From IMG/VR virus record IMGVR_UViG_3300045988_023906: DNA of 64,000 nucleotides; one strand, written 5' to 3'. Origin of the DNA: a virus. The notes under the pieces are model-generated. The model was not told the DNA's origin and made no database searches. It worked only from the letters and a program-made list of their open reading frames with translations. Position 1 is the first letter of the stretch; each line of letters begins with the position of its first letter. The position numbers and the translations under genes were made by a program. Of this stretch, positions 1 through 9,003 are shown in pieces.

Positions 1-501
1 AAGACTTCAAAGGATAGAGCTATAATTCTTGAAAAATCTCTTATAAAATTCTATAAGAATAGGAGAATAAGCTATAATATCTCTGGTGGGGGAGAGGATG
101 CAGGCACTGTCAGTGAATACACTAAAGAAAAGCTTAGACAATATAAGGGAGAGAAATCTTCTATGTTTGGTAAGCATCCATCTAAAGAGACAATAGAAAA
201 GAGAATAAGTACAAGAAAAGCTTTAGGGCATTATTCTAAAGACACTTCATGGTTAGCTCCATACAGATTAAGAAAAGGAAAAGAAAGTCCTATGTATGGG
301 AGGAAGCCAAGTGAAAACACCTTATTGGCCCATAGAAAAGTAATACTTCAATTTAGTTTAGATGGAGAATTTATAAAAGAATTTAGTTCAATTAAGGAAG
401 CCTCTGGGGAGATTGGTATTTCCAAGCCAGCAATTGTGCATTGCTTAAAAGGAAAAACTAAAAAGGCAGGAGGATATAAATGGAAATATAAATATGAGTG
501 A
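1..501 (+). CDS. homing endonuclease, C-terminal part (GIY-YIG / I-TevI-like with NUMOD3-like repeats and NUMOD1/IENR1-like HTH tail); 5' end outside window
   Basis: Frame 1 is open from nt 1 (KTSKDRAIILEKSLIKFYKNRRISYNISGGG...). Three repeats follow of the G-K-x-x-S-x-E-T/K-type (SEYTKEKLRQYKGEKS, FGKHPSKETIEKRIS, YGRKPSENTLLAHRK). The tail ...IKEASGEIGISKPAIVHCLKGKTKKAGGYKWKY is typical of Seg/I-TevI DNA-binding modules. The stop overlaps the portal start. Confidence 0.6.
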   Translation, partial: KTSKDRAIILEKSLIKFYKNRRISYNISGGGEDAGTVSEYTKEKLRQYKGEKSSMFGKHPSKETIEKRISTRKALGHYSKDTSWLAPYRLRKGKESPMYGRKPSENTLLAHRKVILQFSLDGEFIKEFSSIKEASGEIGISKPAIVHCLKGKTKKAGGYKWKYKYE

Positions 502-2917
502 ATTTTGTCAATTGCCCCCTCAAAACTTACCTTTTAATAAAAAGACCAAGGAATGGAGAAAGAAACACTTGGATTTTGCTGATTCAAAGACATTTTTTAA
601 CTATAGTCTTGTAAGGAAGAGTGTTATTCATAAAAAGATAGCGTATGACTTACTTAATGGGAAGCTTCACATGAGTGACCTTGAGATGATACTGAATCCT
701 GAGAAGCTACAGGCAGGTTTCATACCTGATAGAATCCAACACTATCCTATTATGAATAGTAAGTTGAATGTGCTTAGAGGTGAGGAAAGTAAGAGAGTTT
801 TTGACTTCAAAGTAGTAGTTACTAACCCTAATGCTATTACAGAGATAGAGAATAACAAGAAGCAAGAATTACTACAGAAGCTACAGGAATGGGTATCTAA
901 TACTTCTCAATCAGAAGAGGAGGCTAACCAAGAGCTTGAAAAGATAAATGATTACTACACCTATGAGTGGCAGGACATGAGGGAAATTAGGGCTAATGCC
1001 CTTCTTAACCACTATGTAAAGGAGTTGAATATTCCTTTAATGTTCAATCAAGGGTTCATGGATGCAATGGCAGTTGGTGAAGAGATTTATCAATGTGATA
1101 TTGTAGGAGGTGAGCCTACTATTGAAAGACTAAATCCACTCAAAGTAAGAATCTTTAAGTCAGGATATAGCAATAAGATTGAGGATGCAGATATGATAAT
1201 CCTCGAAGATTATTGGAGTCCAGGCAAGGTTATTGATGCCTACTATGATGTATTGACAAAGAAAGACATGGAGTATATAGAGAAAATGCCTGACCATGTA
1301 GGTCAAGCTGCTACAGACTCTATGGATAATATTGATGAGAGATATGGCTTTGTCAATAATCACATGATAGGGGATGAAATAAGTACAGAGGGATTCTTTT
1401 GGGACCCATTAGGAGGATATGATGGGGTTAATAACTCACTTCTTCCTTATGATGTTGCAGGAAACTTGAGAGTACTTAGAGTATATTGGAAGTCAAGAAG
1501 AAAGATTAAGAAGGTAAGAAGTTATGACCCTCAAACAGGTGAAGAAGTATTTAACTTCTACCCAGAGACTTATGTAATAGATAAGGATGCTGGAGAAGAA
1601 GAGCAGATATTCTACATCAATGAAGCATGGGAAGGAACTAAGATTGGCACAGACATTTATGTCAATATGAGACCAAGAGTAGTTCAGTACAACAGACTAA
1701 GCAACCCTTCAAGATGTCACTTTGGAATTGTAGGTTCTATTTATAACCTTAATGACAACAGACCATTCAGCTTGGTGGATATGATGAAGCCATATAACTA
1801 CTTGTATGATGCAATACATGATAGATTAAATAAGCTGATAGCAAGAAACTGGGGTTCATTGGTGAGATTAGATTTTGCCAAGAAACCTAAGGGATGGGAT
1901 GTAGAGAAATGGTTATACTATGCAAAGACTATGGGTCTTGCAGTAGAAGATAGCTTCAATGAAGGTAATGTAGGTGCAGCTACAGGTAAACTTGCAGGTG
2001 CATTAAACAATGCTTCTACTGGGGTAATTGCAGCTTCTGATGGTAATCAGATACAGCAATACATTAATCTTCTTGAGTTTATCAAGATGGAAATGGCAGA
2101 AGTTGCTGGCATTACCAGGCAAAGAGAAGGTCAGGTAAGTAATAGAGAGACAGTAGGTGGAGTAGAGAGAAGCATGATGCAGTCTTCTCATATTACAGAG
2201 TGGCTATTTGTAGTACATGAGGATGTCAAGAAGAGGGCATTAGAGTGTTTGCTTGAAACAGCTAAGATAGCATTAAGAGGCAGAAGCAAGAAGTTCCAAT
2301 ATATCTTGTCTGATAATTCAATAAGAGTTATGGAGATAGATGGTGATGAATTTGCAGAAGCTGATTATGGTCTTGTAGTGGATAATAGCAATGGTGTTCA
2401 AGAATTAAACTCAAAACTTGATACTTTAGCTCAGGCAGCATTGCAGAACCAGACTCTATCATTCTCAACTATTATGAAGTTATTCAGTTCATCTTCGCTT
2501 GCTGAAAAGCAGAGACTTGTTGAAAAGGATGAAAGAAGTATTCAAGAAAGACAGGCTCAAGCTCAACAACAGCAATTGCAGGTACAGCAACAAGAGATAG
2601 AACAGAAGGCTCAGATGGAACAGGCTAAGATGCAACAGGAAGATGCTCTTAACCAAAGAGATAATGAGACAAAGATTATTATTGCACAAATGCAAGCTTA
2701 TAGCAAGAATAGTGAAGATGATGGTATAGTAGAACCTGAATATTCACAAGAGGCTAAAGACAAGCTAATGGAGCAGATGAGGGAATTTGATTTAAGACTT
2801 AAGCTTGATAAGGAAAGGCTGGAGCATGATAAGGAGAAGGCTAAAACTGATGCAAGGCTCAAGGAAAAACAAATAAATAAGCAGAAAGCAACTTCTAATA
2901 ACAATAATAAGCAATGA
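494..2917 (+). CDS. portal protein
   Basis: 807 aa, first large gene of the structural block and of the size expected for a crAss-like portal. It has a long C-terminal Q/E-rich coiled-coil (QAQAQQQQLQVQQQEIEQKAQMEQAKMQQE) like the barrel of P22-type portals. The assignment rests on synteny and size, not on a search. Confidence 0.7.
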   Translation: MSEFCQLPPQNLPFNKKTKEWRKKHLDFADSKTFFNYSLVRKSVIHKKIAYDLLNGKLHMSDLEMILNPEKLQAGFIPDRIQHYPIMNSKLNVLRGEESKRVFDFKVVVTNPNAITEIENNKKQELLQKLQEWVSNTSQSEEEANQELEKINDYYTYEWQDMREIRANALLNHYVKELNIPLMFNQGFMDAMAVGEEIYQCDIVGGEPTIERLNPLKVRIFKSGYSNKIEDADMIILEDYWSPGKVIDAYYDVLTKKDMEYIEKMPDHVGQAATDSMDNIDERYGFVNNHMIGDEISTEGFFWDPLGGYDGVNNSLLPYDVAGNLRVLRVYWKSRRKIKKVRSYDPQTGEEVFNFYPETYVIDKDAGEEEQIFYINEAWEGTKIGTDIYVNMRPRVVQYNRLSNPSRCHFGIVGSIYNLNDNRPFSLVDMMKPYNYLYDAIHDRLNKLIARNWGSLVRLDFAKKPKGWDVEKWLYYAKTMGLAVEDSFNEGNVGAATGKLAGALNNASTGVIAASDGNQIQQYINLLEFIKMEMAEVAGITRQREGQVSNRETVGGVERSMMQSSHITEWLFVVHEDVKKRALECLLETAKIALRGRSKKFQYILSDNSIRVMEIDGDEFAEADYGLVVDNSNGVQELNSKLDTLAQAALQNQTLSFSTIMKLFSSSSLAEKQRLVEKDERSIQERQAQAQQQQLQVQQQEIEQKAQMEQAKMQQEDALNQRDNETKIIIAQMQAYSKNSEDDGIVEPEYSQEAKDKLMEQMREFDLRLKLDKERLEHDKEKAKTDARLKEKQINKQKATSNNNNKQ

Positions 2918-3783
2918 AAAAATTTAGAGATATTATACAAGATATAAAAGCTCCAAGCACAAGTGACCTCTGGATTAATAATGGAGAGTTGAAGTACTAT
3001 ACTAGTAATGGCTGGAGAGCCATTACCAGTAATGGCTCTTCCGATGTATATGTTCTACCGGGTAACCTTCAAACAACAGAAGGATGGTCTACAACAGACG
3101 TAGAATCTATTGTAGGGAATTGGGATGAGTTTACAAAAGCTGTCTCAGGTGGTAAGATAATTGTTGGTTATTTTCAAAACGAGGGACAATTTGTCAAAAG
3201 TACAGCCTCAGTGATAGAAAATGGCGGGGTAACCTTTTTAAGTTTTAGCTTTTATCAGCTTCTTTGTGTATATATTATTGACCAAAGTTATATAACTATT
3301 GTTACTATTGATAATTTTCTTTGTGTGAGTTCTGTTGTAGACGGACTAAATAGTTCAGGAACTGAACTACCTCTCTCTGCCAACCAAGGTAGGATTCTTA
3401 ATGATAGGGTAACAGAATTAGAGAGTAAGTCTAATGTTGCAGTGCTTACACCTACAGGTACAAAACTAACGGAGTTGGTATCCAGTAGTCCTAATGTTAC
3501 ACAAGAGCAGTTGGCTGAAGCAGGTTTCACTCCTGAAATATGTAGAAGGTTGAATGCTGGAGAAGTGATTTACATGAGTGGTGAATGTGCTGGTTTTGGT
3601 AATGATGCTTTGTATCCAATACAGGGTATTGCCCCTAATTCCTCTCCTGACTTAGTACCGTCTAGATTGTGCTACTGTCACTATAGTAGTTATAATGCGG
3701 ATGGCACTGCTAATGGAGGGTGCTTTACTACAATTAAGAAGCAATCCTCAGGTCAGTACCTTGTAGATTATATTGAGTTGTAG
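2914..3783 (+). CDS. tail-fibre-like protein
   Basis: ATGA overlap with the portal stop. The N-terminus carries an LWxxxGxLxYxxxxGW motif shared with other fibres here. It has one LSANQGRILNDRV motif, the same motif repeated in the next fibre gene. Confidence 0.5.
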   Translation: MKKFRDIIQDIKAPSTSDLWINNGELKYYTSNGWRAITSNGSSDVYVLPGNLQTTEGWSTTDVESIVGNWDEFTKAVSGGKIIVGYFQNEGQFVKSTASVIENGGVTFLSFSFYQLLCVYIIDQSYITIVTIDNFLCVSSVVDGLNSSGTELPLSANQGRILNDRVTELESKSNVAVLTPTGTKLTELVSSSPNVTQEQLAEAGFTPEICRRLNAGEVIYMSGECAGFGNDALYPIQGIAPNSSPDLVPSRLCYCHYSSYNADGTANGGCFTTIKKQSSGQYLVDYIEL

Positions 3784-3784
3784 T

Positions 3785-3937
3785 ATGGAAATGATGAAAA
3801 AGAAACAGGTTGTTGCTTCCCATAATAGAGAGCCTCTTATAGAGAATCTATGGTTAAGGGATGGCAAGTTGCTATACTTTGTCAATGGAGAGTGGCAACC
3901 TGTATTAGGTCAAGATTCTAAAGTAATTATAGAGTAA
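3785..3937 (+). CDS. small ORF (50 aa) resembling only the N-terminal anchor motif of the fibre proteins
   Basis: ATG at 3785, TAA at 3935. Translation is MEMMKKKQVVASHNREPLIENLWLRDGKLLYFVNGEWQPVLGQDSKVIIE. It fills the gap between annotated ORFs exactly. The motif NLWLRDGKLLYFVNGEW parallels DLWINNGELKYYTSNGW of 2914..3783. Confidence 0.3.
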   Translation: MEMMKKKQVVASHNREPLIENLWLRDGKLLYFVNGEWQPVLGQDSKVIIE

Positions 3938-3938
3938 C

Positions 3939-4130
3939 ATGTTCACTAAGAATCAAATAGAAGAAATTAGAGACAAATTGGCTCAGTTGGGAGTCAAGGA
4001 TACAGAGTTTAAGGTAACAGAAGAAGCATCTGAAGATGATATGATAGCCATTGTCTCAGGTGGTGAGAATAAGATAATCCTGTTGAAAGACCTATTGAGT
4101 GAAGCAGCAGGTACTATTATTATCGAGTAA
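3939..4130 (+). CDS. hypothetical small acidic protein (fibre-cluster)
   Basis: 63-aa ORF. Its TAA stop runs directly into the A19 tract. Confidence 0.4.
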   Translation: MFTKNQIEEIRDKLAQLGVKDTEFKVTEEASEDDMIAIVSGGENKIILLKDLLSEAAGTIIIE

Positions 4131-4147
4131 AAAAAAAAAAAAAAAAA
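4129..4147 (+). repeat. poly(A)19 homopolymer between a TAA stop and the next ATG
   Basis: Counted directly: A run 4129-4147, then GA, then ATG at 4150. Confidence 0.95.
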
Positions 4148-4149
4148 GA

Positions 4150-5856
4150 ATGAAGATTGTTAATTCAATTATGCCAATGAGTGATGTAAAGGCATTAGCA
4201 GCAAGCGGACAAAAATTAAGAGTAGCAGTAACAAAAACTTCCGCACAAGGTAGGGATGCACAAAGTACTACACCCAATTTAATGTCTTTCAGTATTGATG
4301 AAAGCAGTGTGTGGTTTAATGGAAAGAAGTATGGGGTACATAAATTTAATAATGTTTCAAGCCTGAATACTAACTCAACAGCAGAACAGGTATTGTCTGC
4401 TTTGAATGTCAGGGAATCTTCTGAACTTTATGATTTAGCCCATAAAGGTGTACTTTTCATAGATACCATTTCTGGAAATACGATAGTAAAATATGAAGAT
4501 GGGGATGACACTTTCCAACTCTATGTACCAAGCTCAAATTTAGAGTCAATAGAGAGACTTACTATTAATGTATCTAGTAATAAAGTGGTAAAGTTGACCA
4601 CTACATCTCATTTAATGGTTGATGATATCAGGAATACTCTAACCTCTGCTGAGACTGCCAAGGTTCTTTCAGCCGCAATGGGCAAGAAGCTCCAGGATGA
4701 GAAGTTGGCTAAGACAGATGTGGTGAACAACCTAACTACGGATGAAGCTTCAAAAGCCTTATCAGCGGCACAGGGTAAAGCGTTGAATGACAAGTTTAAT
4801 GGGAACAAGATAAATATCAACTTCTCAGCTATTTCAGATTCAACAAATAATGCCACTATAAAAGGCTACATGGGGAACATAAATGGTGACACTCTTGTTA
4901 GTAAGCTTACTTATGGTGCAAATCTGGTTGACAGTAGTAGTAATGATTGGGTAATTACTTTGCAGGAGGTAAGTGATACAAAGGTATCATTTACAGGTAT
5001 TAAATTCACAGATTTTAACTTATGCAGTAAGAATGTATCAGTTACTATAAGTGGCGGTAATTATACAAATGTGACTGTTGCTCAGGATAATAGGCTTGTA
5101 CCTGCTATAAACAATACCTTAACTTCAACTAGTACTAGTGAGGCTCTTTCAGCAGCTCAAGGTAAAGTTCTTAATGACAGAATCTCAGGTTTGGGCAATG
5201 TGTATAGAGTGAGGGGTACTAAGACTAACTTATCTGATGTACTAGCCCTTACTGATGCAAAGGTTGGTGATGTTTGGAATGTGACTAATGCCTTTATTTT
5301 AGGTGATAAGCCATATCCTGCAAATACCAATGTTGTATGTATTACAGCAACTAGCTCATCTGACCACGATGGAGGAAATTGGGACCCGTTGGGAGGTACT
5401 GTTGATTTGAATTCTTATGTGCCTAAGAGTGATATAGTTGATAACCTATCAACTTCAGATTCAAAAAAGCCTCTCTCTGCTAAACAAGGACTTGCCCTTG
5501 CTGATATGATAACGAAATTAAAAGCTGATAAGGAGACCTATCAGCTTCCCAAAGCACTTGTAAGTGGCACACTATCCACTCAGAATGAAATAGATACTAT
5601 TCTAGGTTCCTATAGTAGCTTCAATGCCGCCCTTAATGCAGGTAAGGTAATACATGGAGTATATAAAGACAGCATCAACAGAATGAATACAGTAGCATTC
5701 TCAGCATTCAATGATACTACTAACAGTAGGGTTGAAATGTTTGCGATACTGAATAATTCTACCTTACTATATATACAGGCTACTTATAGTGGGGCTAGTT
5801 GGGTTAGTGCTACCACAAGGGAAGAGTCTTTTAATGCAAGCATCACTATAGAATAA
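4150..5856 (+). CDS. tail fibre protein
   Basis: Start moved to ATG 4150, because the track start 4099 reads through the A19 tract as KKKKKK. Four copies of an (A/P)LSA(A/K)xGxxLxD motif are present (LSAAMGKKLQDEK, LSAAQGKALNDKF, LSAAQGKVLNDRI, LSAKQGLALADMI). The composition is Ser/Thr/Asn-rich, as in fibres. Confidence 0.6.
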   Translation: MKIVNSIMPMSDVKALAASGQKLRVAVTKTSAQGRDAQSTTPNLMSFSIDESSVWFNGKKYGVHKFNNVSSLNTNSTAEQVLSALNVRESSELYDLAHKGVLFIDTISGNTIVKYEDGDDTFQLYVPSSNLESIERLTINVSSNKVVKLTTTSHLMVDDIRNTLTSAETAKVLSAAMGKKLQDEKLAKTDVVNNLTTDEASKALSAAQGKALNDKFNGNKININFSAISDSTNNATIKGYMGNINGDTLVSKLTYGANLVDSSSNDWVITLQEVSDTKVSFTGIKFTDFNLCSKNVSVTISGGNYTNVTVAQDNRLVPAINNTLTSTSTSEALSAAQGKVLNDRISGLGNVYRVRGTKTNLSDVLALTDAKVGDVWNVTNAFILGDKPYPANTNVVCITATSSSDHDGGNWDPLGGTVDLNSYVPKSDIVDNLSTSDSKKPLSAKQGLALADMITKLKADKETYQLPKALVSGTLSTQNEIDTILGSYSSFNAALNAGKVIHGVYKDSINRMNTVAFSAFNDTTNSRVEMFAILNNSTLLYIQATYSGASWVSATTREESFNASITIE

Positions 5857-5866
5857 AAAAAAAGTT

Positions 5867-7573
5867 ATGAGTGCAGAAGGTAAAGAGTTTAAAGTAAATG
5901 TATCTACCGACAGAGCTACTGCAATAAGTAGCTCTGCTGGCAGTTACCCTAATGTGTTGTATTTCCCTATAGATGATGATAATGTCATCATATTTAATGG
6001 GAACATATATGATTGGAATGCAAGTGTAACTTCCCCCAAGTTAATCTCCTCAGGAGACCTGAATACATATAGGGGAACTCAATATTTAGGTGTTTATTAT
6101 GCCAATTATGGCAATAGTATAAGTAATAAACCTTCTGGAGTATCACAGTTTGCATTACATGTGCTCTTGGAGAATAATGACTCTTCGACTATACAGGTAC
6201 TTTATTCAAAAAACAAGATATATACTAGAGCTTATGAGTCATCTTCTTGGTCTTCTTGGACTGAGATTGGTGCAGGAGGTGTAACTTCTATACCTCAAGC
6301 TTCTAGTTCAGCATTAGGAGGTATAAAGATAGGGTACTCTGATAATGGCAGGAATTATGCTGTAGAGTTGGATAGTTCTGGTAAGGCTTATGTTAATGTA
6401 CCATGGACAGATACAAATACAACATATAATGTTGCTACTGCTAGTGCCAATGGACTTATGAGTTCCAGTGATAAGTCCAAGCTTAATGGAATCCAAGCAG
6501 GTGCAGATGCTGTGTCATTCAGCAGGTCTTTGTCTTCAGGTACAAAGATAGGTACCATTAATATTAATGGTGTCAATACTGACATATATGCTCCAACAGC
6601 AGGAGAGCCAGTTAAATATGAAGTAGCTACCTCAACTACACTAGGATTGGTCAGGATTGGGTATCCTGAGAGTGGTAAGAATTATCCTGTTGAGCTTAAT
6701 TCCTCAAATCAGATGTATGTCAATGTCCCTTGGACTGACAATAACACAACTTACTCAGCAGGAGCTGGACTTAATTTATCAGGAACAGTTTTCTCCCTAA
6801 GGAAGGCAACACCTACTACACTAGGTGGTGTAAAGGTATCCAGCACTGAGATTAACACAATATCTACTGTTGCTGCTACTACTTTTGGTTTACAGAACAG
6901 AATATATCCTGTCCAGCTTGCTTATCCATCAGGTAGTGCAGGAACAGATGGTAATAAGGTACTTTCAGTGTATGTTCCTTGGGAGGATACTACTTATAGT
7001 GTAGTAAGTACCTCAAAGAATGGGTTAGTCAGTATGGATTCTGCATTGGCAGAGCTAGCCTACGAAGATAAGGATGCTGGTAACCTAGGTTCTCTTGCTA
7101 GATTTGGAGAGATGGGCATGTTGGAGGTTTCAACAATTATGGAAGATGACTTAGCTCTGGTTAATAAGAGTAATAGCTGGACAGCATATCAGGACTTTAA
7201 GTCAGGTGCTGGTAATTCAGGCTCTGATATGAGATTCAAAAGGGAAGTCACATGTATGCCTGATGTGCTGGACAATCTGATGTCATTAAATGTCATAAAG
7301 TATATATGGGAACACCCTGATGAAAATGGTATAAGATGCACTTTTGGTGTGAAAGCTGACCAGCTTCTGTCACTAGGTGGTGTATATGCTACTATGGTCC
7401 ACAGCAGAGCTGATAAATATGATACCAAGTGGGTAGAATATGATAGATTTGGTGTGCTGGCAATCAAGGCATTACAGGAGGTTGTAATGAGGAACAAGCA
7501 ACTGGAGAGCAGGATAGAATATCTTGAGGATACGATAAATTCTATGAGAAGAGTATGGGAAGAGAATTCATGA
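5867..7573 (+). CDS. tail fibre with three internal repeats and a C-terminal intramolecular-chaperone (peptidase S74-like) domain
   Basis: Three repeats of xxLGG(I/V)K(I/V)GY..(K/R)NY(A/P)VEL....YVNVPW(T/E)DT.TTY. The tail has SDMRFKREV....YDRFGVLAIKALQEV....LESRIEYLE, like the autocleaving endosialidase-type chaperone. Confidence 0.7.
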   Translation: MSAEGKEFKVNVSTDRATAISSSAGSYPNVLYFPIDDDNVIIFNGNIYDWNASVTSPKLISSGDLNTYRGTQYLGVYYANYGNSISNKPSGVSQFALHVLLENNDSSTIQVLYSKNKIYTRAYESSSWSSWTEIGAGGVTSIPQASSSALGGIKIGYSDNGRNYAVELDSSGKAYVNVPWTDTNTTYNVATASANGLMSSSDKSKLNGIQAGADAVSFSRSLSSGTKIGTININGVNTDIYAPTAGEPVKYEVATSTTLGLVRIGYPESGKNYPVELNSSNQMYVNVPWTDNNTTYSAGAGLNLSGTVFSLRKATPTTLGGVKVSSTEINTISTVAATTFGLQNRIYPVQLAYPSGSAGTDGNKVLSVYVPWEDTTYSVVSTSKNGLVSMDSALAELAYEDKDAGNLGSLARFGEMGMLEVSTIMEDDLALVNKSNSWTAYQDFKSGAGNSGSDMRFKREVTCMPDVLDNLMSLNVIKYIWEHPDENGIRCTFGVKADQLLSLGGVYATMVHSRADKYDTKWVEYDRFGVLAIKALQEVVMRNKQLESRIEYLEDTINSMRRVWEENS

Positions 7574-8385
7574 CACAAATAAAGGCAGTAAAGAAGGTAG
7601 GAGGTTTCCTACCTTCTGCTACAAAACGATTTTGTACAGCCTCTTGGCTTGCAGGCCATTCTGGTATATTTGATACCAACTCCCTACAAGGGTATGAAGC
7701 AAAAGACTTTGTGAGTGAAATGCATATAAAGCCTGCTATAGTAACAACTAAATATGAAATAACAATTCCTGAGGTGAGGGTTTCTTTTGGATTTGAAAGT
7801 GGCACTCCTCAAAGATTTACATATCTTAGTGACTCTGACCAATTATCACAGACTAAGGCAGTCTTATGTGCAGTACCTGTTGATGGTGGTCAGATTTCTT
7901 CAAGTGTATATACTCCTACTAATGGTGGTAGAGATGACAATTATGGTGTACAGTATATGCTATTCTCAGGCATGAAAATATCTGTTGTTGCAGGCACCTC
8001 ACTAGCTAAGTTATACATAGTATTGTATAATGACCAAAATACCATGGTTCAGTATAATAACAAGAGCATTACCAATCTTATGTCAGGTAACAACATATAT
8101 AAGCTGGCTAATGCTACTATGAGAAATAGTTCTGTTTACAGTAGCCTGTTTAATGGTGCAAATTACACAAAGACACAAGCAGTAGGTGATTCTAATGGTA
8201 ATGCTACTAATTCTGTGTGGTGTGCTATGCTTCCATTGACAGATGATGGAAAATCTAATGGGAGTTATTCAGTAGGTTCAAGCATGGAGACACCTCCCAC
8301 TAATGTCAATTCTAACCAGCAACTGTACAACTTCAAGGGTTCTATAGTTTACAACAAATTAAGTTCATTTACTCCAACTACATAG
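7570..8385 (+). CDS. hypothetical virion/fibre-associated protein
   Basis: ATGA overlap with the previous stop, so the start is moved from 7555 to 7570 (MTQIKAVKK). Ser/Thr/Asn/Gly-rich. No motif recognised. Confidence 0.45.
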   Translation: MTQIKAVKKVGGFLPSATKRFCTASWLAGHSGIFDTNSLQGYEAKDFVSEMHIKPAIVTTKYEITIPEVRVSFGFESGTPQRFTYLSDSDQLSQTKAVLCAVPVDGGQISSSVYTPTNGGRDDNYGVQYMLFSGMKISVVAGTSLAKLYIVLYNDQNTMVQYNNKSITNLMSGNNIYKLANATMRNSSVYSSLFNGANYTKTQAVGDSNGNATNSVWCAMLPLTDDGKSNGSYSVGSSMETPPTNVNSNQQLYNFKGSIVYNKLSSFTPTT

Positions 8386-8387
8386 CT

Positions 8388-9002
8388 ATGAGAAAGATAT
8401 TAGTAAGTATTATATCAGTGATTATGCTGGCTTCCATATCCTGTTCCATGTATTACTGCAATGGGTATAAGAAAATATCTGATGAGTTGGCTGTTGCAGT
8501 GAATAACAATAAGGCATACTCCTTGGAGAACAGTTCCCTGAAGAAGGAAAATAGAGTGTATAAGCTAACTGCTGAGCAGCTTGAGTATTACAGTGATTCC
8601 ATTACTGTTGAAATGGACAGGATTAGAAAGGAGTTGAAGATAAAGGATAAGGATTTGCAATACTTACAATATCTGTTATCTACATCAGAAAGGATAGATA
8701 CTGTTACTTTCCAAGATACCATATTCAGTGAAACAACATTTCATGTTGATACTCTGATTGGGGATAAATGGTATCAGTTGAAGCTGGGAATGAAATTCCC
8801 TAATGTCATTACAGTGCATCCTAAATTTGTAAGTGAGAAATACATAGTTACACATAGCAAGAAAGAGACTGTAAATCCTCCTAAGAAATTTTTTCTGTTT
8901 AGATGGTTTCAGAAGAAACATAGAGTGGTGGAAGTTACTATTGTGGAAAATAGTCCTTATGTGAATAATAAGCAGCAAAAATTTATTGAAATAATTAAAT
9001 GA
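8388..9002 (+). CDS. N-terminally membrane-anchored coiled-coil protein (spanin/lysis-accessory candidate)
   Basis: Hydrophobic N-terminus MRKILVSIISVIMLASISCSMYYC followed by a heptad-like charged region. Confidence 0.4.
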   Translation: MRKILVSIISVIMLASISCSMYYCNGYKKISDELAVAVNNNKAYSLENSSLKKENRVYKLTAEQLEYYSDSITVEMDRIRKELKIKDKDLQYLQYLLSTSERIDTVTFQDTIFSETTFHVDTLIGDKWYQLKLGMKFPNVITVHPKFVSEKYIVTHSKKETVNPPKKFFLFRWFQKKHRVVEVTIVENSPYVNNKQQKFIEIIK

Positions 9003-9003
9003 C

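Noticed and set aside
2530-2900. Q/E/K-rich low-complexity region at the portal 3' end as a possible tandem repeat or separate gene
   Set aside because: There is no exact nucleotide periodicity. It reads as a continuous coiled-coil extension of the portal, as in the barrel of other podophage portals.
4099-4149. N-terminal extension of the fibre ORF (MKQQVLLLSSKKKKKKR) given in the ORF track
   Set aside because: It overlaps the end of 3939..4130 and consists of read-through of the A19 tract. ATG 4150 directly after the tract is the more plausible start.
3939-5856. Possible frameshift or slippage in the A19 tract fusing 3939..4130 to the fibre body
   Set aside because: The upstream ORF's TAA stop lies at the very start of the tract, so slippage within the tract cannot bypass it. 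A fusion would need a shift upstream of 4128, for which I see no slippery site.
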